A stretch of DNA of 64,000 nt from Patescibacteria group bacterium (GTDB taxonomy: Bacteria; Patescibacteriota; Patescibacteriia; Buchananbacterales; UBA6539): the NCBI GenBank assembly GCA_028688055.1, contig JAQTYZ010000001.1, positions 114,910 to 178,909 on the forward strand, given 5' to 3'. A program made the translations under genes and the position numbers. The first letter of the stretch is position 1. Every line of letters starts with the position of its first letter. Under the pieces are notes generated by a model. The model saw only the letters and a list, made by a program, of their open reading frames with translations. It made no database searches and had not been told where the DNA came from. Of this stretch, positions 46,915 to 56,428 are shown piece by piece.

Positions 46915-47978
46915 ATAATATCTTTTTTCTCGTAAGCTCTTAAGGCTAAGCCAATGGCTGTGGTGAAGGACAATATTTTATCATTTGGGATAGCCGATTT
47001 CTTGATTTGATATTTACCATTTAACGGGTCGCCGATTTTAACCGGAATTTTTAGTTTATCTGACAAAACGCTGTCAATGTAGGTAAAGTTAGCGCCGCCA
47101 CCGCATAAGATAATCTCGGTAACCTCCTTACCGTTTTCAAAGTTACTCTGATAAAAGGTAATTGTTTTTTTTATTTGAGAAGTTAGGTTGTCGATCATTT
47201 TATATAAAATTTTGAGCATGGCTCCTTCACACTTAGCCGGATCAAGTCCGCAAACAAGCTTGGCCTTTTCAGCCTTCTTTAAGTCAATATTTAAGGTCTT
47301 GGAAATAGTTTGGGTTATTTTATTTCCTGAAATTGGCAAACTGACTGTAAATTGAATTGCCCCTTTGTCATAAACAATCAGTCCTGTTCTAACTGCCCCA
47401 ATGTCAATAATTATTTTAGCTTGGGAGTCTTTTTTATCATCAATCAGTGCTCGGGAAATCGCGGCGGCCTCAATTTCAAAAACATATGGTGTTAAACCAC
47501 ATTTTTCAACAATGGTCAAGTAGGAATCAACTAATTTTTTAGGAGCGGCGCCAACTAAAATTTCGGCGCTGGTTTGGCCACGACTGATAACCTGCCAGTC
47601 AAAGTAAATTTCATCTAAAGCCAACGGGATCTGGTTGACGATTTCTTCATTAACCAGTTCCGGCATCCGTTTCGCATCGCCCTCGCCGAGAAATGATACG
47701 TTGATAACTTTAATAAAGGTTTTGGTTTCCGGCAATACCGTGATGACATTTTTAGTTTTAATTTTATCGCCCTTGGAGTTTTTAACTAAATCTTTAACCC
47801 CGGAAATAAATTTGTCTTCATTAACAATTTCGCCGTTGGTTATTATTCCAGCCGGTAGATTAAGCTCATTAAAAGAATTAATGACAATTTTTTTGCCTTT
47901 TTTTTTCAGACTTACTAACCGGATCGCTCCCGCGCTGATGTCCAGTCCAAAAATTTCATTGTTTGATATTAGAGACAT
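46911..47978 (-). CDS. pilM: Type IV pilus assembly protein PilM (actin-like ATPase fold)
   Basis: 355 aa; FGLDISAGAIRLVSL N-terminal phosphate-1 motif and CGGGANF (phosphate-2/adenosine motifs) of the FtsA/PilM family. Confidence 0.8.
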   Translation of the reverse strand: MSLISNNEIFGLDISAGAIRLVSLKKKGKKIVINSFNELNLPAGIITNGEIVNEDKFISGVKDLVKNSKGDKIKTKNVITVLPETKTFIKVINVSFLGEGDAKRMPELVNEEIVNQIPLALDEIYFDWQVISRGQTSAEILVGAAPKKLVDSYLTIVEKCGLTPYVFEIEAAAISRALIDDKKDSQAKIIIDIGAVRTGLIVYDKGAIQFTVSLPISGNKITQTISKTLNIDLKKAEKAKLVCGLDPAKCEGAMLKILYKMIDNLTSQIKKTITFYQSNFENGKEVTEIILCGGGANFTYIDSVLSDKLKIPVKIGDPLNGKYQIKKSAIPNDKILSFTTAIGLALRAYEKKDII

Positions 47979-48004
47979 ATAAACTCTTTATATTATAGCA
48001 CAAT

Positions 48005-49210
48005 TTAATACTGCTCTTCCCAATGGTCAATCTGAATGATGGGGGAATCTTCATTCACGATTGGGTCAATCACCGGCTGGAAATTTTCCGGAGTGTAATT
48101 AAGAATAATTGAGCCGCCACTGGCAGTTACCTTGGCATCGAATCCGACTAGGCTGCCATTAATTGTAAAAGTAGTGCCGGAACTTGTGATATCAAGATCG
48201 GCACCAGAGTAGAGCATCCCATTTATTAGAATGGTCCCACCGGAGGTAGTAATATGAAAGTCGTCTTCCGCTAATATTCCACCACCATAGGTTGAGTCCG
48301 CATTGACGGTTAAATTTTTGCCCGATTCAGTTATTTGGACATCACCTTCAGCAACCAAGACGCCGTTGATAGTCAGATTTTTGCCAGTCCACTGAGCGTC
48401 ACCGGTGACATAGATTATGCCATTAAGAATTGTATTATTGGCTAAGTTTTTAAATTGGGAAGGCGTCAGGGTGGTGGTTGCTCGATTTTTCCAAGAGTTA
48501 GGGGACGATGAATTAAAGTCAATTTGTAAAATATCGACCGTTGTAGTTGGCGCTTGCTGGGTGCTGTTATTGAGGGTTAATTTGCCCCCGGCTACGACAT
48601 TGATGACATTGCTTGAGGTAACCATACCATCATTAACCACGACTTCTGATCCTTGAACTTTAAAAACTTGGTTGGCGTGTAACCGGCCACCGTTTGAGGT
48701 TAAGACGATACCTGAACCGGTAAAAGTAAAATTGCCATTCTGTTGCGACCCACGACCGCCGGCAAAGACGCTGTAGTCCCATTGAGTACCACTGCCAGTG
48801 GCCTTGCTGATATATGATTTTACGACCCGTTGGGAGGCGTTGCCTGATATGACATAAGTCGAAGTTGCTGTTATCCAAGCTTCAGCGGTTACGGTATTTC
48901 GGGCGGCAACCTCATAGCTGGCGTTAGAATCACCAAAAACGTTGGTTCGAGAAATATCATTGGCGGCGCTAAGCGTACCATTTAAAAAAGCGGCCCGTGT
49001 AGCTGAGTCATGTTGAATTTTCCAAATCATATCGCTAACTCCGGATTCGGCTAAATAATAATTTGTTGTTGCTAGCGATTGGACATTGCTGATCTTATTT
49101 TCCGACGTGGTGATGCTAATTAGATAAGAGCCAACCATTAATAACGTCGTTAGTACTAGCACTGAAATTATTAGGACTACTCCCGGCGGTTGTTTTTTTA
49201 CCCTAGCCAT
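48005..49210 (-). CDS. Pilus-associated protein with N-terminal TM anchor and C-terminal right-handed beta-helix repeats (candidate pilus-tip or pilus-associated adhesin)
   Basis: 401 aa; N-terminal hydrophobic helix (VVLIISVLVLTTLLMVGSYLI), then repeated xxGxxxTxNGxLxxxGD units (ILNGIIYVTGDAQ, TINGVLVAEGDVQ, ILINGMLYSGADLD, FTINGSLVGFDAKV). Confidence 0.4.
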   Translation of the reverse strand: MARVKKQPPGVVLIISVLVLTTLLMVGSYLISITTSENKISNVQSLATTNYYLAESGVSDMIWKIQHDSATRAAFLNGTLSAANDISRTNVFGDSNASYEVAARNTVTAEAWITATSTYVISGNASQRVVKSYISKATGSGTQWDYSVFAGGRGSQQNGNFTFTGSGIVLTSNGGRLHANQVFKVQGSEVVVNDGMVTSSNVINVVAGGKLTLNNSTQQAPTTTVDILQIDFNSSSPNSWKNRATTTLTPSQFKNLANNTILNGIIYVTGDAQWTGKNLTINGVLVAEGDVQITESGKNLTVNADSTYGGGILAEDDFHITTSGGTILINGMLYSGADLDITSSGTTFTINGSLVGFDAKVTASGGSIILNYTPENFQPVIDPIVNEDSPIIQIDHWEEQY

Positions 49211-49211
49211 A

Positions 49212-49781
49212 TTAGTTGTTTCTAGGATTAATGATTGATTTCATTTGAAAAATTTCGTTATTTTTAGTCAGCGTTAAATCGATATTGATATTGCCGTTGC
49301 CATAAAAATCCAACGCGCCGAAATTTTCGCCGACGGTTTTATCTTCTATTAACCTTAATGTGGGTGGGCCAAAAGCATTAATATCATCCCAGGTGACATA
49401 GGTTGACGGGTCGGTGTCAAAATAATAAACCACGATTTGCCGGTTTAGGTCAGAACCGCTGAGATAGTACCTGATGTATTGAATGGTATTTTCAACGTGA
49501 CCGTCTTGAAATTCCAATTCATGCGCGACGGTGGCCGGAATTGAATTGTCGTCAGGTAAGGTTGTGACAACCGAAGTGGCCTGTCTGATTTCTCTGGACA
49601 TTAAGTCTAGGGTAATTCTGGCGTTTTGGATTAATTCTGCTTTCGTATTGCTTTTACGATAAACGCGTTGGTTGAGTACGAAAGTCGAGCTGACAATGAT
49701 CAGTATCAAAAGCGCAATGACCATTGAAATAATCAACTCCGTTAAAGTAAAACCCTGGCGATTGTTATTAAATTTTTTCAT
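49212..49781 (-). CDS. Prepilin-type (type IV pilin/pseudopilin) protein; start at ATG 49781 (MKKFNNNRQGFTLTELI), which overlaps the upstream TAA as TAATG
   Basis: Class III signal peptide G-F-T-L-T-E followed by a hydrophobic helix. The ORF track extends 22 codons upstream into the neighbouring gene. Confidence 0.6.
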   Translation of the reverse strand: MKKFNNNRQGFTLTELIISMVIALLILIIVSSTFVLNQRVYRKSNTKAELIQNARITLDLMSREIRQATSVVTTLPDDNSIPATVAHELEFQDGHVENTIQYIRYYLSGSDLNRQIVVYYFDTDPSTYVTWDDINAFGPPTLRLIEDKTVGENFGALDFYGNGNINIDLTLTKNNEIFQMKSIINPRNN

Positions 49782-50206
49782 TAATAGCTTGATACAATAG
49801 TACTCATTGATGTCGATTTTTCCGCCGTACTGACCGGGGAAGTCCAAAAAACGGTAACCGTGACTTGTTTTAAACCAACATCGCTAACGCTGGTGTTTAA
49901 ATTTGAATCGATGGTGGTGACCACCGTTTGCCTTTGGAAATTATACAGATATGAAGTTTGATCACTTGACAGGCGTTGCTTGGTTTCGATGGTGCCGGTG
50001 CCAATGCTTTCATAAGTTAGACCCCTAATTTCTTCAAGTTTGGAAACGGCTAAATTAGATCCAATTGTTAGGTCGCTTGAATCGCCGATTATTTTTAAGC
50101 TAAATGGGAATAATTGAACAACGGCTAATAAACCAATCAGCAGAATAAAGATGGCAATGGTGGCTTCTAAAATTGTAAAACCTTTCTGATTAGTCATTGA
50201 TTTCAA
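49781..50206 (-). CDS. Prepilin-type protein (minor pilin/pseudopilin)
   Basis: NQKGFTILEATIAIFILLIGLL: prepilin peptidase site (G|FTxLE) and a hydrophobic helix. Confidence 0.65.
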   Translation of the reverse strand: MKSMTNQKGFTILEATIAIFILLIGLLAVVQLFPFSLKIIGDSSDLTIGSNLAVSKLEEIRGLTYESIGTGTIETKQRLSSDQTSYLYNFQRQTVVTTIDSNLNTSVSDVGLKQVTVTVFWTSPVSTAEKSTSMSTIVSSY

Positions 50207-50624
50207 TGTAGCCTGAAGGCTTAATTTGAATCGTCGAAGTTGTAGACAAGCTGTTGGTTAAATAAATATAACCACTTTCGGCGACACCGCCTGTTGGATT
50301 GAATTGAACCGTATTATTAGTTAGGCCACTTATTTCTGAAATATTTATTTCGCCGTCCAAGCTAGCTTCTTTATACACGGTGCCGGTGGTTGAATTGATA
50401 ATTTGGTATTTTTTAGTTACCGGATAAATTACGAAGTCGTATATTTTTTGCTCGGTTACCGCCAGCTGCTGCGCCAAGCGCAGGTTGGAAACCATTAATC
50501 GAGCTTCACTTTTAAGTTTGCTGCTTTTTTGGTAAGTAATAAAAACCGGAATGCTAATGATCGTAATTAAAATAACAATTGATATTGAAACCATCAATTC
50601 AGCAATGGTAAAACCGCGTTTCAT
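50190..50624 (-). CDS. Prepilin-type protein (likely major pilin candidate)
   Basis: MKRGFTIAELMVSISIVILITII: a canonical short leader plus G|FTIAE site. Confidence 0.7.
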   Translation of the reverse strand: MKRGFTIAELMVSISIVILITIISIPVFITYQKSSKLKSEARLMVSNLRLAQQLAVTEQKIYDFVIYPVTKKYQIINSTTGTVYKEASLDGEINISEISGLTNNTVQFNPTGGVAESGYIYLTNSLSTTSTIQIKPSGYIEIND

Positions 50625-51734
50625 TTAAATGCTTTGGCTTAATGAATACATCGGCATAATCACGGCGACCGCCATACTACCAACCCCAATTCCGAGAATA
50701 ACAACCAAAATCGGTTCAATAATTGACGGTAGGTTGGTCATAGTCTGGCTAACTTCTTCTTCGTAAAATATCGCCGATTCTTCCAAAATATTATCGAGCG
50801 CTCCCGTCTCTTCCCCAACGGCGATCATTTGTAAAACAACCGGTGGAAATAACGATTTAAAAGGATTTAGTGATTGTTCAATGTTGATACCTTTTTTTAT
50901 TTTTTCTTTGGCTTCAAGCAAGGCTTGCCGGTAAATGACATTACCTAATATTCTTGAAGTAATTTCAAATGATTGGACGATTGGAATATCAGTTTTTAGC
51001 AGTGAACTTAACGATCGACAAAACCGGGCGATGTTTATTTTTTTTATAATGGTACCGACAACTGGTGTCTTGAGCAGGATGATATGAAAAACTTTTTTAC
51101 CACTCGTAGTACTAAGTAGTCTTTGTAATCCGATTACGCCAATCACCGCGCCAATCGCCAAAAAGACCCCGTATTTAACGGAAAAATTACTGAGAAAGAT
51201 CAAAATTCTGGTTGGTAAAGGAAGTTGGACATTAAGTTCGGTAAATACTCCGGTGATGGTGGGAATAACATAAACCATCATTAAAATGCCAATGGCAACC
51301 ATCATCGTTACGACCACTAGGGGATAGATCATCGCCCCTTTGACTTTGGAAATAATGTCGTTGTCTTTTTTCATTTGTACAAAGAGTTGCTTTAAAACGT
51401 CTTCTAGTTTTCCCGACATCTCGCCAGCCCTAACCATACTGATAAATAATTCGCCGAAGATCCGTTGATATTTTTCCAAGCCTTTTGAAAGTAAATTTCC
51501 TTTTTCAACGCTTTGTTGCAAGTCAAGCAGGATTCTTTTGAAATTTTTTGATGAGGATTGTTCGGACAAGGTTTTTAAGCCAACCGACAATGAAATGCCA
51601 GCTTTCAACATGACGCTGAGCTGTTGGACAAAAAAAATCTTTTGGGCTAATTTTATTTTTTTTGGCCTGGCTCGCCAGTTAGCTATAAAATTAGTTTTAT
51701 GTCCAGTTGTGGCGTTTGAGGCCGGAGTCGTCAT
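50625..51734 (-). CDS. pilC: Type IV pilus inner-membrane platform protein PilC (T2SS F-domain ×2)
   Basis: 369 aa, two T2SSF repeats (GISLSVGLKTLSEQ...; GEETGALDNILEESA), 3 or more TM helices. Confidence 0.85.
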   Translation of the reverse strand: MTTPASNATTGHKTNFIANWRARPKKIKLAQKIFFVQQLSVMLKAGISLSVGLKTLSEQSSSKNFKRILLDLQQSVEKGNLLSKGLEKYQRIFGELFISMVRAGEMSGKLEDVLKQLFVQMKKDNDIISKVKGAMIYPLVVVTMMVAIGILMMVYVIPTITGVFTELNVQLPLPTRILIFLSNFSVKYGVFLAIGAVIGVIGLQRLLSTTSGKKVFHIILLKTPVVGTIIKKINIARFCRSLSSLLKTDIPIVQSFEITSRILGNVIYRQALLEAKEKIKKGINIEQSLNPFKSLFPPVVLQMIAVGEETGALDNILEESAIFYEEEVSQTMTNLPSIIEPILVVILGIGVGSMAVAVIMPMYSLSQSI

Positions 51735-51738
51735 AAGG

Positions 51739-53466
51739 TTAATCTTTGGTCACCCTTAGCACTTCTTCAATGGTGGTGATACCAGTTTTTGCTTTAATAA
51801 AACCGTCTTCCATAATTGTTAGCATCCCTTGAGATTTTGCCGTTGCTTGGATTTGTTTGGCCGCCGCGCCTTTTAAGATCAAATCGCCAATTTCTGATGT
51901 AACTTCTAACACCTCATAAATACCAATTCTACCTTTATAACCACTATTACCACATTTTTTACAGCCTTGACCGCGATAAAAAAGCAGTGAGCCTTTATCT
52001 TGTTTTTTGGTAATCAGGTTATTATTCTCCAGCATTTCTAAAATTGATTCAAAGTTAATTTCTTTTTCTAGTTTTGCCAATTCAGCTTTACTCAGTGTGT
52101 AACTTTCAATGCAATCCTGACAAAGTTTTCTGACTAATCTTTGAGCAATAATTACGTTGCAAGTTGAGGCGACTAAAAAAGCGGGTACGCCCATTTCACT
52201 TAAACGAGGCAAGGTGGTTGGCGCGTCATTAGTGTGAAGAGTGGAGAGCACTAAGTGGCCGGTTAAAGCGGCGTGAATCGAAATTTCCGCCGTTTCTTGG
52301 TCTCGGATTTCACCGACCATAATGATGTTTGGGTCTTGTCGTAAAAATGCCCTTAGACCGGAGGCAAAGGTATAGCCAATTTTAGGATTAACCTGACTTT
52401 GATTTAAGCCTTGCATTCGATATTCAATCGGATCTTCAATGGTTGTAATGTTAACTTCTGGCCGGTTTAAAATATTTAAAATTGCATACAAGGTGGTGGT
52501 TTTTCCCGAACCAGTTGGTCCGGTTGCTAAAACCAAACCGTGCGGTTTTTTGATGTTTCTTTTGATCCCTTCCAGCGGTTCTTTTTGAAAGCCAAGTTGT
52601 TCCAGGGTAAGTACTCCGGTTTTTTCATTTAAGGCGCGTAGCACGATTTTTTCACCGTCGTAAGTTGGAATAATTGACACGCGAAAAGAAACTTCATATT
52701 CATTGGTTTTTACTTTGAATCGGCTGTCTTGCGGCAGGCGATGCTCGTCGAGTTTCAAGTTGGACAGAATTTTAATTCGGGCGACAACGCCGGCATGGAT
52801 TGATTTTGGCAGCGTCATCACATTACGCAAAACCCCGTCGACGCGATACCTTACTACAACTTGCTTTTCCGTCGGTTCAATATGAATGTCAGACGCACTC
52901 TCTAAAATGGCATACTCTAATAAGGTGTCCACGATTCTAATAACCGGCAAATCGTGAGCCAATTCAGTTAATTTGGTTCCGTTGCCATTACTGCTTGTAT
53001 CATCTGACTTGGTTAGCTCCTGAAATTCCGCTTTTAGGCCTTTGTGATAATTTTTAAGCGCTTCATTCAGGTTGTCGGGTGATGTTACAAATGGGCTAAT
53101 GTTTAGACCGCTTTTTTTCCCCAAAAATTCAAGTATTTGGAGATCGTCTGGGTCTAAGGTGGCTACTTTAAGTTCAGTATCAGACTTGTCAAAAGCAATA
53201 ATTTTATGGGTTGCGGCAATCGGTTCAGGGATTAAAAAAAGAATATCCTTGCGAATAGTCTCATTTTTTAGGTTCGTAAAGGGTAAATTGTAGTATTGGG
53301 CAACTATTTGATAAAGTTGTTCCTGGTTGAGAATTTTTTGGCTATCCAAGTAGTCTTCCAGCGTTTGATTGCGTTTTTGAGCCTCACTAGCATAAAGCTC
53401 AATTTCTTTCGGACTGATTGACTTGGTGGTTGTCAAAATCTTTTTTAATTTGTCCTGGCCAAGCAT
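51739..53466 (-). CDS. pilB: Type IV pilus assembly ATPase PilB (GspE family)
   Basis: 575 aa; Walker A VLATGPTGSGKTTTLYA, Asp box and Walker B IMVGEIRD, His box, and C-terminal tetracysteine CxxC...CxxC (CQDC...CKKCGNSG). Confidence 0.9.
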   Translation of the reverse strand: MLGQDKLKKILTTTKSISPKEIELYASEAQKRNQTLEDYLDSQKILNQEQLYQIVAQYYNLPFTNLKNETIRKDILFLIPEPIAATHKIIAFDKSDTELKVATLDPDDLQILEFLGKKSGLNISPFVTSPDNLNEALKNYHKGLKAEFQELTKSDDTSSNGNGTKLTELAHDLPVIRIVDTLLEYAILESASDIHIEPTEKQVVVRYRVDGVLRNVMTLPKSIHAGVVARIKILSNLKLDEHRLPQDSRFKVKTNEYEVSFRVSIIPTYDGEKIVLRALNEKTGVLTLEQLGFQKEPLEGIKRNIKKPHGLVLATGPTGSGKTTTLYAILNILNRPEVNITTIEDPIEYRMQGLNQSQVNPKIGYTFASGLRAFLRQDPNIIMVGEIRDQETAEISIHAALTGHLVLSTLHTNDAPTTLPRLSEMGVPAFLVASTCNVIIAQRLVRKLCQDCIESYTLSKAELAKLEKEINFESILEMLENNNLITKKQDKGSLLFYRGQGCKKCGNSGYKGRIGIYEVLEVTSEIGDLILKGAAAKQIQATAKSQGMLTIMEDGFIKAKTGITTIEEVLRVTKD

Positions 53467-53591
53467 AAAAAATTATTTTTGTCTTAGTGTTCAAAACTCT
53501 TTTATTATAACACAAAAATAAAAAGGACGGAAAGGGGTAGTGGACAAGATAACCAAAAATCAGTAATATTAGATTAGTCTTGTGATTAATT

Positions 53592-53978
53592 GTGATTAAT
53601 TTTGGTATGATTATTAATTCGCCCAATCAGGGACGCATTTTTGCATTTCTCAGCGATAAAATTATCAGACTGAGTTTTTTGTTTGCTGTTTTAGCCAATA
53701 TTGCCCTTTGGTTATTATTAGTTTCCCGCTCAACAACTTTTTCCGATTCAATTCCCTTGCATTATAATATTTACTTTGGTATTGATCTGATTGGGCCATG
53801 GTATCAGTTTTTTTTCATGCCTTCGATTGGCCTGGGCATAATTGTTAGCAATTTTTTAATCGGCTTACTGACTGTTAAGTATGAAAAAATATTAGGGCAT
53901 TTTTTGGCTGTCACCGCTGCCGCAGCTCAAATTTTTATTTTAGCGGCGATTATTGCCATTTTAATTATAAATTTTTAA
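53592..53978 (+). CDS. Small polytopic membrane protein preceding mraY
   Basis: 128 aa, 4 predicted TM helices; family unknown. Confidence 0.35.
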   Translation: MINFGMIINSPNQGRIFAFLSDKIIRLSFLFAVLANIALWLLLVSRSTTFSDSIPLHYNIYFGIDLIGPWYQFFFMPSIGLGIIVSNFLIGLLTVKYEKILGHFLAVTAAAAQIFILAAIIAILIINF

Positions 53979-53981
53979 GTT

Positions 53982-55022
53982 GTGGGTAATTTTGTTGTAA
54001 CAAAAATTTTTATCTTGACGACCTTGTCATTTTTGTTGACCTTGGCCTGGACGCCATTATTAACTCATTTTTTATATCGCTACCGTTTAGGCAAGGGGAT
54101 TCGTGACGCTAAGGCCGCTCCGATTTTTGCGATGATGCATAAAAAAAAAGCCGGTACCCCGACCATGGGCGGTATTTTAGTTTGGGGAACAACGCTAATT
54201 TTGATTTTAGTCATCGCGGGTTTAGCAGCCGTCTTCCATGGTGTCTTTGATAAGCTTAATTTTTTGTCTCGAGCTGAAACTTTGTTGCCGCTTGGAGCTT
54301 TAGTGGTGTCAGCTCTGGTCGGTTTAGTTGATGATTTGTTTGATATTTGGCGAATGGGTAAAAACGGCGGCGGCTTGCGGATGCGCCATCGTTTTTTTAT
54401 CTATGGGGTAATCGCGGCGGTTGGGGCGTGGTGGTTTTATTATAAATTGCAATGGACAACTTTTCACGTGCCGTTTTTGGGCTATTTTGATGTCGGCTGG
54501 TGGTATATTCCAATCTTCTTTTTTATCATTATTGCAACTGCCCATGCGGTCAATTTGACCGATGGACTTGATGGTTTGGCTGGTGGAACATTATTAATTT
54601 CGTTTGGCGCCTACGGTGCCATTGCTTTTGCCCAAGGCCATTATCAATTAGCGACTTTTTGTGGCGTCATTATTGGATCGTTAATGGCATTTCTCTGGTT
54701 CAACATTAATCCAGCGCGATTTTTTATGGGTGATACCGGTTCAATGTCGCTCGGGGTGACCCTGGGAATTATCGCCATGCTTACTAACGCCGCGTTGCTT
54801 TTGCCGATCATCGGTTTTATTTTCGTCCTTGAAACAGTTTCGGTATTAATTCAAATGTTTTCAAAAAAAGTTTTGAAGCGAAAATTTTTTATTTCTTCAC
54901 CACTTCACCATCATCTTGAAGCCAGCGGTTGGCCGGAGCCAAAAATTGTCATGCGTTTTTGGCTCGTGGCGGCGGTGACGTCGATTATTGGATTAATCTT
55001 ATTTTTAGTCGATCGAGTTTAA
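53982..55022 (+). CDS. mraY: Phospho-N-acetylmuramoyl-pentapeptide transferase (GTG start)
   Basis: 346 aa; motifs GGILVW, VDDLFDIWRMG (DDxxD), NLTDGLDGLAGG and HHHLE. Confidence 0.9.
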   Translation: MGNFVVTKIFILTTLSFLLTLAWTPLLTHFLYRYRLGKGIRDAKAAPIFAMMHKKKAGTPTMGGILVWGTTLILILVIAGLAAVFHGVFDKLNFLSRAETLLPLGALVVSALVGLVDDLFDIWRMGKNGGGLRMRHRFFIYGVIAAVGAWWFYYKLQWTTFHVPFLGYFDVGWWYIPIFFFIIIATAHAVNLTDGLDGLAGGTLLISFGAYGAIAFAQGHYQLATFCGVIIGSLMAFLWFNINPARFFMGDTGSMSLGVTLGIIAMLTNAALLLPIIGFIFVLETVSVLIQMFSKKVLKRKFFISSPLHHHLEASGWPEPKIVMRFWLVAAVTSIIGLILFLVDRV

Positions 55023-55027
55023 TTGGC

Positions 55028-56428
55028 ATGACTAAAAATTTTTACAAAAACAAGAAAATTACGGTCATGGGTCTAGGCTTGCACGGCGGCGGTATTGCAG
55101 TGGTCAATTGGCTTGTCAAACAAGGCGCTCAAGTTACGGTTACTGACCTTAAAACTAAAGCTCAGTTACTGCCAGCTTTAAAAAAAATTAATCCTAAAAA
55201 AGTTAGCTTGGTTTTAGGTAAACATCGCGTGATTGATTTTAAAAATGCTGACATTGTGGTGCAAAATCCTGGCGTTCCGCGTCATTCAAAGTTTATCAAA
55301 ATGGCGGAAAAGTCCGGCATAACAATTGAAAATGATGCCAGTTTATTTTTTAAAAACTGTCCGGCGGAAATTATTGGTGTTACCGGAACGCGGGGAAAAT
55401 CAACCGTCTCAGCTTTAATTTATGAGTTATTAAAGACAAAATTGGGTGCTGCGCGAGTTTATTTGGCGGGCTTACCGCAACAGCCGATGTTGGATATTTT
55501 GGATAAATTGTCGAGTCAAGACCAGGTAGTCTTGGAGTTGTCGTCTTGGCAGCTCGAGATTTTGGGGCGCTACCGCTTGAGTCCACATATTTCACTAGTG
55601 ACCAATATTTATCCTGATCATTTGAATCGGTACCAAGGCTTAAGCGATTATGCGCGCGCCAAAGAAAATATTTTTAAATATCAAACCAAAAATGACATCG
55701 CTGTTTTTAATTATCATAATCCTTGTACTCGTAAAATGGGACATCAGACACCTGGGCAGCGATTGTGGTTTAATTCAAAATTAATTGTCAGTCAGTCTGG
55801 CGCTTATATTAATAATAATTCGTTGATCTTCCAGTATCACGGTCGGTCGGTTAATTTTGGAAAGGTAGCAAAAATAAAATTGCCCGGCCGGCATAACTTA
55901 GAAAATATTTTAGCCGCCCTGGCGGTAGCTGGTTTGTTTAATGTTTCCGCGGCAAAGGTTAAAAAGGTTTTAACTAGCTACGTCGGATTACCCGGCCGCA
56001 ATCAGTTAATTCGTGAGCGGGCTGGCGTTAAATATGTTAATGACACCACCGCGACGACGCCGGACGCGGTTTTGGCCGCGCTTGATATTTGGCCGGCCAA
56101 AAAAATTGTTTTAATCGCGGGTGGCGCGTCAAAAAAAATTCCGGCTGAGAAAATTGGCGAGTTAGCAAAAAAGATAAGAAAAAATTGTAAGTCCGTTATC
56201 CTTTTTTCAGGCGAGGGGAGCGATGAACTGTTTGTTCAATTAAATAAAATTGGTTTTAAGGCAATAGTAAAAAATATTGACACCATGTCAGAAGCGATAT
56301 ATCTGAGTACGGGCTTTGCCAAATCAGGGGAGGTGGTTTTATTGTCCCCGGGGTGTTCTAGTTTTAGTACTTTTGTTAATGAATACGATCGCGGCGATCA
56401 GTTTAATGGTTTGGTCAATAAATTATGA
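55028..56428 (+). CDS. murD: UDP-N-acetylmuramoylalanine--D-glutamate ligase
   Basis: MTKNFYKNKKITVMGLGLHGGG (N-terminal Rossmann), P-loop GVTGTRGKSTV, Mur-ligase central and C-terminal domains. The ORF track extends upstream in a frame overlapping mraY; ATG 55028 follows the mraY stop. Confidence 0.85.
   Translation: MTKNFYKNKKITVMGLGLHGGGIAVVNWLVKQGAQVTVTDLKTKAQLLPALKKINPKKVSLVLGKHRVIDFKNADIVVQNPGVPRHSKFIKMAEKSGITIENDASLFFKNCPAEIIGVTGTRGKSTVSALIYELLKTKLGAARVYLAGLPQQPMLDILDKLSSQDQVVLELSSWQLEILGRYRLSPHISLVTNIYPDHLNRYQGLSDYARAKENIFKYQTKNDIAVFNYHNPCTRKMGHQTPGQRLWFNSKLIVSQSGAYINNNSLIFQYHGRSVNFGKVAKIKLPGRHNLENILAALAVAGLFNVSAAKVKKVLTSYVGLPGRNQLIRERAGVKYVNDTTATTPDAVLAALDIWPAKKIVLIAGGASKKIPAEKIGELAKKIRKNCKSVILFSGEGSDELFVQLNKIGFKAIVKNIDTMSEAIYLSTGFAKSGEVVLLSPGCSSFSTFVNEYDRGDQFNGLVNKL

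Noticed and set aside
54929-55027. Upstream extension of murD overlapping the mraY C-terminus
   Set aside because: The extension lies inside conserved mraY coding sequence in a different frame. ATG 55028 gives a canonical MurD N-terminus immediately after the mraY stop.
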